Origin: Clostridia bacterium | GTDB lineage: Bacteria; Bacillota; Clostridia; Oscillospirales; CAG-272 | Reading direction: 5' to 3' | DNA: 64,000 nucleotides | NCBI GenBank assembly: GCA_017403155.1 | Contig: JAFQOP010000003.1 | Coordinates: forward strand, 2,504 to 66,503 | Part shown: piece by piece, positions 16,746 to 25,500 of the stretch | Numbering within the stretch: the stretch's first letter is position 1 | How the letters are laid out: the number at the start of each line of letters is the position of its first letter | Position numbers and translations under genes: made by a program | The notes under the pieces: generated by a model | Databases searched by the model: none | What the model was told of the DNA's origin: nothing | The model's input: the letters and a program-made list of their open reading frames with translations, nothing else

Positions 16746-18368
16746 TCAGTTGTAAAATGACTTTATTTCCTCAATATCCCGCTTCAGCTCGTCGTAGGTA
16801 AGCTCGCTTGCATATTTGTATTCTATCAAGCCGTCGGGATTCAGAATTACCGTGACGGGGTAGCCGCCCGTAAAGCCGAGTGAGGTGTAATATTTGTCTG
16901 CCGTCGAGCCCTCAATCTGCGTGTCGAGCGCGAATATCATATTGTCCCAGTCGGAGTAGTTGTTTTTGATGTGGTCGGGAGCCTGATCCTCGTTCAGGAC
17001 CGTGTGTATCGCAATGACAGTGACCTCGCCTGCATACTCGTCTGCAATGCGGTTAAAGTCGGGCAGCTCCTTTTTACAGCCGTCGCACCAAACGCCCCAG
17101 AAGTTGATAATCACAATTTTGCCGTCGGTCGCGGCAGGGTTGATTATATCACCCGTTTTGCCGTTTTCGTCGAGCACCTCGAGGTGTGCGCCAATGCACT
17201 TGTCGAATATTGCATTGCCCGTTGCAATCTCGCTTCCGTCCTTGTTAAGGAAGGCAAGACCGCACGTATCGCAGCATAGATCGCCGTCCCCGTCTGTGCA
17301 GCTGTCGGAAACAACAAGCTCGGAGGGGTCCTTGTAGATGAAGTTGTAGTAAACAAGAGAGCCGACAAGGAGCGCGACGGTGAGAATCAGGGAGACGAGC
17401 CTTGCTACAAAGGAGCGGCGCTCCGCCTTCTTCTTCTCGGCGGCAACCTCCTCCTCGGTGGCAGGGCGCTCGAGCCTTGCCGACAGCTCCGTCTCATTCG
17501 GGGGGAGGAATATTTTTGATCCGCGCCAGGTTATGGCATTCGTCGGGCACACGTCAACACACTCGCCGCAGTTGATGCACTCGCGGTCGCCAACGTGCTT
17601 GATATCCATCTTGCATTTTGCGTGGCATCTTCCGCAGTCAACGCACTTGTCTCGGTTGAGCTTGATGCCGAGGATAGAGAAGCGGTTGAACAAGCCGTAC
17701 AGAGCCCCGAGAGGGCAGAGAAAGCGGCAGAAGAAGCGGTAGATAAATACGCACAGTAGCATTACAGTCACAAAAAGTGAGAACTTCCACACGAACAGCG
17801 GACCGAGGTTTAACAGCTCTGCCGCGTTGTCCGCATGGGAGAGCAGACCTATCGCACCCTCGAGCACACCTGCGGGGCAGATATACTTACAGAAGGAGGG
17901 AATTCCTCTGTCCTTCATCATATATAGAAGTGGAATGCAAACCGTTATAAATACGAGAATTACGTACTTGAGGCAGGATAGCACTCGCGTAAATCTCGAT
18001 TTTTTAATCTTCGGGGTCTTAATCTTGTGCAAAAGATCCTGAACAAGTCCGAAGGGACAGAAGAAGCCGCATATCATTCTGCCGAACATAATGCTGTAAA
18101 GCAGGATAATGCCGAATATGTAGTAGGGAGCTCTCTTTCCCGAGGCAGAGAAGGCATTCTGGAGTGCACCGATGGGGCACGCCGCCGACGCACCGGGGCA
18201 GGAGTAGCAGTTGATGCCCGGGGCGCACAGATTCTTGAGCGGACCCTGGTATATCTTTCCCGTCACAAAGCCCTTGATATGCGCGTTGAAGAGCAGGGCG
18301 CAGTACAGCTGTATAAGACGGCGCTTGGTGGGGATGTGGCTCTTAAACCAATTTAATATCCTTTTCAT
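16746..18368 (-). CDS. NapH-like membrane polyferredoxin fused to a C-terminal thioredoxin/TlpA-family domain
   Basis: N-terminal half has CxxCP-type motifs in and near TM helices (CYSCPGASAACP, FFCPFG, YICPAG, FLCPLGALYG). Two 4Fe-4S motifs: CVDCGRCHAKC and CINCGECVDVCP (17547-17645). One further TM helix (about 17334-17405). Then CTDGDGDLCCDTC (17262-17300) and redoxin-like IVIINFWGVWCDGCKKELPDF (CxxC at 17076-17087). Confidence 0.9.
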   Translation of the reverse strand: MKRILNWFKSHIPTKRRLIQLYCALLFNAHIKGFVTGKIYQGPLKNLCAPGINCYSCPGASAACPIGALQNAFSASGKRAPYYIFGIILLYSIMFGRMICGFFCPFGLVQDLLHKIKTPKIKKSRFTRVLSCLKYVILVFITVCIPLLYMMKDRGIPSFCKYICPAGVLEGAIGLLSHADNAAELLNLGPLFVWKFSLFVTVMLLCVFIYRFFCRFLCPLGALYGLFNRFSILGIKLNRDKCVDCGRCHAKCKMDIKHVGDRECINCGECVDVCPTNAITWRGSKIFLPPNETELSARLERPATEEEVAAEKKKAERRSFVARLVSLILTVALLVGSLVYYNFIYKDPSELVVSDSCTDGDGDLCCDTCGLAFLNKDGSEIATGNAIFDKCIGAHLEVLDENGKTGDIINPAATDGKIVIINFWGVWCDGCKKELPDFNRIADEYAGEVTVIAIHTVLNEDQAPDHIKNNYSDWDNMIFALDTQIEGSTADKYYTSLGFTGGYPVTVILNPDGLIEYKYASELTYDELKRDIEEIKSFYN

Positions 18369-18375
18369 ACCTTAA

Positions 18376-19203
18376 TCACCCCAATCCTATACATTCGCGG
18401 CATATCTTTGCCGCCTTGTCGAGCACGTCTGCCATTCCCCCGTTTACAATGCCGAGGATAATGAAGACCATCGAAAGCGCAAGAATGGCGGTTGCCGCAA
18501 TTCTGCCGATAAGTGCCGAATTAGTGCGGAGCCACACGGCGGCGGCAGGGGGAGGGGGCAGGGGAGAGCCGTCCTCGGCACTCATTCGCAGGAGCTTGCC
18601 CTCGCGCCTCTTCGAGCTTGCGAAGAGGATACCGATTACAAAAGCATACACCGCCGACGGAGTGAGAAAGGCGAGGAGCACAAGAGAGAATGCAAGCACC
18701 TCTTCGTTTGCATTGCCGAGGGCTGTAAAGGTCTCGCTGTCAAGCATTCTGATAATGGGATATATCAAAGATATGATAAACAGACCTATCCCCGAGAGGG
18801 TAAAGATAAAGCGAAGCCTTCTCTCCCTCATTATGGCAGAGACTGTCTCACTGTCATAGAGCGCGTCCTTGGCGCGTCTTTTTGCGATAGAGTATTTTGC
18901 GTCCTCGTCGGGGGCAGCCTTGAGCTTTTCGTCTGTGAGGGGGAGCAGGCGGTTTAGGATGGGTGTACCGATTATCATGGCGAGAGCTATCGCAGACGGA
19001 CAAATCAGACGCAAAAGCGCCCCTCCGATTTCCTCTCGCAGCCCATCACCCGTATATCTGCCCTCGCTCGCAAGGCGCTCGATATTCTCCTCCGAGAAAA
19101 CGCAGGCACAGGATATGATGAAGCAAATCCCGAGTGCTATCAGCATAGCCGCGAGGACGGTAGAGTATATTCTGTGTATCAGCCTCTTTTTGTTTTCGTT
19201 CAT
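18376..19203 (-). CDS. polytopic membrane protein with a C-terminal CxxC tail (KICRECIGLG)
   Basis: About 5 predicted TM helices. Start moved to the ATG at 19203 because the track start (19248) lies inside the promoter spacer. Stop lies 8 nt before the polyferredoxin start, consistent with co-transcription. Confidence 0.8.
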   Translation of the reverse strand: MNENKKRLIHRIYSTVLAAMLIALGICFIISCACVFSEENIERLASEGRYTGDGLREEIGGALLRLICPSAIALAMIIGTPILNRLLPLTDEKLKAAPDEDAKYSIAKRRAKDALYDSETVSAIMRERRLRFIFTLSGIGLFIISLIYPIIRMLDSETFTALGNANEEVLAFSLVLLAFLTPSAVYAFVIGILFASSKRREGKLLRMSAEDGSPLPPPPAAAVWLRTNSALIGRIAATAILALSMVFIILGIVNGGMADVLDKAAKICRECIGLG

Positions 19204-19238
19204 AAGGCGACCGTAGCCTTTCTTAAAAATTATTAAAT

Positions 19239-19267
19239 AGTATATCATGTTTTCTTTGAAAAGTCAA
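19239..19267 (-). promoter_or_regulatory. sigma-A type promoter of the CxxC-membrane/polyferredoxin operon
   Basis: On the minus strand: TTGACT (19267-19262), 17-nt spacer, TATACT (19244-19239). Confidence 0.65.
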
Positions 19268-19475
19268 TATAAATCGCGCGTTGCGGCTCGGGAAATGTAA
19301 AAAAACGGGATTGCATAAAAACAAAATCATTCGCAATAATTTTACACGGGATACCGTTTATTGACAAAAATGTAAATAATTATTTGCCATTTTCCGACAG
19401 TGCTGTCGCGCCGTACGAACGGGCATCCCGCCTCGCGCGAATTGTTAATAATCTGTTATAAAGATAGAAAGGTGC

Positions 19476-19504
19476 TTGAAATTGTCGGCAAAATATGCTA
19501 TAAT
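19476..19504 (+). promoter_or_regulatory. sigma-A type promoter of the protease/Opp operon
   Basis: TTGAAA 19476-19481, 17-nt spacer, TATAAT 19499-19504. This coincides with the track ORF start, which argues for the downstream ATG at 19560. Confidence 0.65.
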
Positions 19505-19559
19505 CTTCTACGCGTATTATATATTTATACGCGCAAAAACAGAAAGGCAAAACAGATCA

Positions 19560-22500
19560 ATGAACAGAAAGAATCTCACAAGGCTATCATCGCTGCTCGT
19601 CGTAGCCGTTATGGTTGCTCTTCTTCTTGCGTCCCTTCTCACACCCGTTATGGGTGCGGGCTCGGGTACAATCGGGGGCATCAATGCACTTAACGGCATC
19701 AACACGAACTGGCAGCAGTATCTTGACGGCTCGGTAGTAACAAAGCTCCCCGAGACCGTTAAGTCCACCGACGAAATATCGGTGATAATAAAGCTTGATA
19801 ACCCTGCGCTCCTCGATGCTCACGAGGCAACCGACAGGACTATGTCCCTCGCCGAGTTTGCCCTCACCGATGAGGCGGAGGCTGTCAGAAAGGAAATACT
19901 CAGGGAAAAGAGCGAGTATCTCGCCCTGCTCGACGAGCGCGGAATAGAATACGCGACGGGTCTCACCTACGATACCGTTTTTGCCGGCTTTGAGATAATC
20001 ATCAAGGCGTCGAGCTTTGCTACCGCTACCACCCTGCTCGGCGAGAACGGCACAGCCATCGTCGGTGAGGTGTATGAGGTTGCCGAGACCAAGCTCGTGA
20101 ACAACAAGGTCGACTTCTATGAGGATACGGGTATATTCGACAGCTCGGACTTCCCCTTCGACGGCTCGGGCATGGTTATTGCCGTGCTTGATACGGGTCT
20201 TGACTACACCCACTCTGCCTTCGATCCCTCGAGATTTACAGCCACCGAGCTCGGTCTTACCAAGGATGAGGTTGCAGCCCTGCTTGGAAATACCGATGCG
20301 GCATCCCGTTATCCCGGTCTCTCCGCAGACGACGTGTATCTCAACGACAAGGTACCCTTTTCCTTCGACTATGCGGACAGCGACCCCGACGTTTACTCCA
20401 TGCACAACAACCACGGCACCCACGTCTCGGGCGTTATAGTGGGCAAGGACGACGTTATCACGGGTGTTGCACCCAACGCACAGCTTGTGTCGATGAAGAT
20501 ATTCTCGGATACCGCCGACAGCGCGCGTACCTCCTGGATACTTGCCGCGCTCGAGGACTGTGTTACACTCGGAGTTGACGTTATCAATATGTCTCTCGGT
20601 ACCGCCTGTGGCTTCAGCCGCGAGATGGACAAGGAGGCAGTGACGGGTGTCTACGACAGAATCCGCTCCACCGGTATCAGCATGGTCGTTGCCGCCTCCA
20701 ACAGCTTTAACTCCGCCTACTCCTCGGAGAAGAACGGCAACCTTCCTCTGACCTCCAACCCCGACTCCGCTACGGTAGGCTCCCCCTCCACCTATGAGGG
20801 CGCGCTCTCGGTTGCATCCATCGCAGGCGAGAAGACCCCCTATATGCTCTACAACGGAAAGATAGTCTATTTCGTTGAGGCAACCAATTCCTCCCAGAAG
20901 GAAAAGGACTTTTTTGATGAGATTCTGACTCCCCTTGGCACTGATTCTGTTGAAATTGAATATATACTTATCCCCGGTGCGGGACGCCCCGCAGATTATA
21001 CGGGTCTTGATATGACGGGCAAAATTGCCCTCGTCCGCCGCGGCTCGAACACCTTCGAGGAGAAGGCGAATGCCGCGCAGGCCGCAGGCGCCGCAGGCAT
21101 CATCGTCTTCAACAACGTTGCAGGCGACATCAAGATGAACGCAGGCGTAACCAAAATTCCGATTTGCTCGATAGGGCAGGACGACGGTGAGATGCTTGCC
21201 GCAGCGGGCAGCGGTGTGCTGAAAATAAGCCGCATACAGACCTCGGGCCCCTTCATCTCCGACTTCTCATCCTGGGGCCCCACCCCCGACCTCGGAATCA
21301 AGCCCGAGATAACCGCCCACGGAGGCAACATCCTCTCCGCTGTAACCGCAAATACGGGCGAGAGCGGCTATGACCGTCTCTCGGGTACCTCGATGGCTTG
21401 TCCCAATATGGCGGGTGCCGTTGCTCTTATGAGACAGTACGTCAAGGCAACCTTCCCCGAGATCCGTGAGGACGAGGTCGAGGTTACCGCTATGGTAAAC
21501 AGACTCCTTATGTCCACCGCGGATATAATGCTCAACAAAAACGGTCTGCCCTATGCCGTAAGAAAGCAGGGCGCGGGACTCGGCAACCTTGACAAGGCGT
21601 CCGCCACCACCGCATATATCCTCACCTACGACCGTCTCGACGGCTCCGTGATGGACAAGACCAAGCTCGAGCTCGGAGACGACCCCGAGAGGACGGGCGT
21701 ATATGAGATGACCTTCTCGGTCAATAACTTCGGCTACTACGACCTTATCTATTTCGTTGACGCATACGTCATGACCGAGGGCGTCAGTGAGACCAAGACA
21801 CACGCGGGCGAGACCACCGTAACCGAGGAGGGCTACCTCCTTGACGGCGCAAAAATCGAGATAATCTCGGTAAGCGGCGGCACACAGAGCGGCATGAAGG
21901 TCACCGTCCCTGCAGGTGAGAGCACCGACGTCACGGTGAGAATAACCCTCTCCGATGCCGATAAGAAATACATAGACGACTCCTTTGAGAACGGTATGTA
22001 CGTAGAGGGCTTCGTAAGGCTTGAGCCCGTGTCGGGCACCGACGTAGGAATGAGCGTGCCCTACCTCGCCTTCTACGGCGACTGGACCGAGGCACCCCTC
22101 TTTGACCTCGACTATTTTGAGACCAACAAGGACGAGCTCGACGATTCTATCGAAACCCTTGACAAGACCCTCCCCGACGCATACGCAACCCGTCCCGTCG
22201 GCGGTCTTTACCTCGATTACATCAGCTATCTTGGCTCCTACTACTTCGTTCAGGACCCCCAGAATGAAATAATCTCGGCAAACCGCGATTACATATCCCT
22301 CACCAACACGGGCGAGGCGCTCCACTCTCTTGTCAGCGTCTACGCCGGACTTCTCCGTAACGCGGAGAGGATAGTCGTGACGATAACCGACGATGCAACG
22401 GGCGAGGTTATATTCGAAACTGTTGCAAACGACGTGAGAAAGTCCTACGGTGACGGCGGACCCATCTATCCTGCCAACGTGGAGATAGAGTTCGACACCC

Positions 22501-25500
22501 TCGACTACAACCTTATGAACAACAGTCGCTACACCGTGCGCCTTGAGGGCTACCTCGATTACGGTGACGGCGGCATTGAAACGAATGAGAAGAACACCTT
22601 CGAGTTCCCGATAACCATGGACTTCCAGGCTCCGCAGGTCACGGGTGTGGAGTATTACACAGAGTATGACCGCGATAGCGAGAAGATGCGCCTTTATGCC
22701 AAGGTTGCAATTTACGACAACCACTATGCAATGTCCTCGCAGATAGGCTACATAAGCGACAACCTCGATTACGACCCCACAGACCCCGAGGACAGCCCCT
22801 ACATCTTCAACACCTTCAATTCCTATATGACCCCGGTCTACTCCGAGCGCAACAGCGTAAGCTACGTTACCTACGAGCTCACCGACTATATCTCCGACTT
22901 CAAGGAGAAGGCGTCGGTCGCAGAGCTTGACGGCACCTCCTTGAGAAACAGCTTCGTCATCTCCTGCTATGACTATGCGCTGAACGAGTCGACCTTCCAG
23001 ATTCCTCTGCCCGACGATATCACCGACTTCTACTTCGACGGGTATGAGCTCACCCTTTGCCGCAACGAGGTGTTCACCCTCGAGCCCGAGACCTATCCCG
23101 GCACCGAATGGACCGACTTCCTCGTCTACGGGGACTACGACGCCTCCGTTGTGAACGTCGTCGGCAATAAGATAGTAGCGGTAGGCAAGGGCACCACCGA
23201 CGTCACCGTAAGAAGCCTTGACGAGAGTGGCAGGAGCGTTGTTGCCGAGCAGAAGCTGCGCATAAGAGTTCTTGACGAGGGAGACCCGGGATTTGTCTAC
23301 TATGACAAGCCCGTAGCCGACGTCTTTGAGCTTCGCGCCTACGAAACGCTCAAGGCATACTACGTTGTCAACACCGACGAGCGCGATATTGGCTCGACGG
23401 GCAGCATCACCACCTTCAACGGCAGATACTCGCTGAAGCTCTATCCCTCCGAGTCTGTCAGACTCATATATGAGCTAGCGGAGTATTTCCCGTCAGACAC
23501 GACGGTCGTCTTTGAGAGCTCAAACGAGAATATTGTAAAGATTGACGGCACGGGCACCGTTGTCGCCCGTGAGGAGGGCTATGCCTCCGTCACTGTCAGC
23601 GTATACCTCGACGGAGAGCCCACCTACTATTCCGCAACGGTCGATATAGAGGTAAAGGACCCCTACCTTACGACAGGCCCCTCCCTCACTCACTACTACG
23701 GACTCGGCGGCACCGTTGAGGTGCCCGCAAGACTCGAGCTCACCGAGATCGGTCAGTTTGCCTTCTCCAACTACGACTGGGTAGAGAAGGGCGAGGACGA
23801 CGAGATAAGCGAGGAGGAGCCCACCGAGACCAAGCAGTGGTTCCTCGGAGAGGGAACTATCACCAAGGTCGTTATCCCCGAGGGCATCAAGAAGATTGGC
23901 GCCTACGCCTTTGCCAGCCTCACCGCCCTCGAGGAGGTTGTTCTTCCCTCGACTCTCGAGGCAATCGAATACGGTGCCTTCTACAACTGCGTAAAGCTCA
24001 AGAGGGTAGTGGGACTCGAGCACGTCCAGCTTATAAACAAGCACGCCTTCTACAACTGCCCGATAACGGGTAGAATAGACCTCTCGAGCGCGTATGCCGT
24101 CTCCGACTATGCCTTCGCTGCACCTTCCAATGCGGCTCTGGCCGAGGTTGTCCTCCCCGAAACACTCCGCTCCATCGGAGCCTATGCCTTCTCGGGACAG
24201 AATAAGCTCACCCGCGTGACGGTAAATGCCGCAAGCGTCAAGCTCGGAGCCTATGCCTTTATGAATTGCACACGACTCACAAGCATAAACATCAATACCC
24301 AGGTTATTCCGACGGGAGCCTTCTACGGATGTCTCTCCCTCGCGTCGATAACTCTCGGTGCAGATGTTGCTACGGTAGGCGAGTATGCGTTCTACAACAC
24401 CAAGCTCACAGCCTTCACCGTTGCCGACGGCAACGCAGTCTACCGTCCCCAGCAGAGCGGTGCCTACCTCCTCTCTGCCGACGGCTCGACACTTCTGCTC
24501 GTTGCACCGGGTGTCGGCTCGTCCTTTGCGCTCAATAACCCCGAGGTAACGAGAATAGGCAGCGGTGCCTTCTCCGCCAGCCAGACGCTGAAGAGCGTCA
24601 GCATCCCCTCGGTAACCGAGGTTGACAGCCATGCCTTTGCAGGCTGCTCCGTCCTTGAGAGCATCACCCTCGGCACTCTTACCTACGTCGGCTCCTATGC
24701 CTTTGCCGACACAGCGATTAAGGTGCTGCCCGATATCAGCGCCCTCGACGAGATAAGCGATTATGCATTTGCATACACCGACCTGACCGAGGTAACGATT
24801 CCCGACGGCACGGTGATCGGAGAGGCGGCATTCGGTGAGTGCCGTTCTCTTGAGCGCATCCATATCGGAAATAACGTTATTATAGGCAGCTCCGCCTTTA
24901 TGGTGACACCCACCATCGTCTACTATGATGAATATACACCCCCCTCGTATGACGACGGTGGCAGAAGGGTCTACTACTATGAGTTTGAGTCTCCTCTGAA
25001 GGAGCTCCATATAGGTGAAGGCGCAGTGATAGGCACCTCTGCCTTCTATTATGCAACGAATCTCGAGAGAGTCACCCTCGGTGACGGTGCGGTAATAGGA
25101 GATCTCGCCTTCTACAATGCCTGCTCGCTCAGGGAGATTGACCTCTCGGCGGCTGTGAGCATCGGCTCCTATGCCTTCTCGGGCGACTCCTGGCCGACCT
25201 TCACCGACAAGACCTTCTCCGACCAGTATATCAAGGAAAATTATTACGTTTACAAGTATTTTGCACCTAAGCTCACGAGCGTCGACCTCTCGAGTGCGAC
25301 CTATATCGGCGAGAGAGCCTTCCACTACTGTGAGAGTCTCGTCTCTGTCAAGCTCGGCGAGGGTGTGAGAAGCATCTCCACCTATGCCTTTGCAAACTGC
25401 TCCGCGCTGAAGAGCATCAATCTCGAGGGCGTTGAGTATATAGACGAGAGTGCCTTTGCCGAAACGGCACTTACGGAGGTAAGCCTCGACAGCATCGTCA

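Noticed and set aside
19476-19559. N-terminal extension of the S8 protease from the track start (also 44060-44128, 55452-55514, 19204-19248, 37743-37772, 2766-2822)
   Set aside because: The extensions contain the -35/-10 promoter boxes or the riboswitch terminator. They encode no signal peptide, whereas the downstream ATGs are preceded by SD sequences and begin canonical signal peptides or family N-termini.
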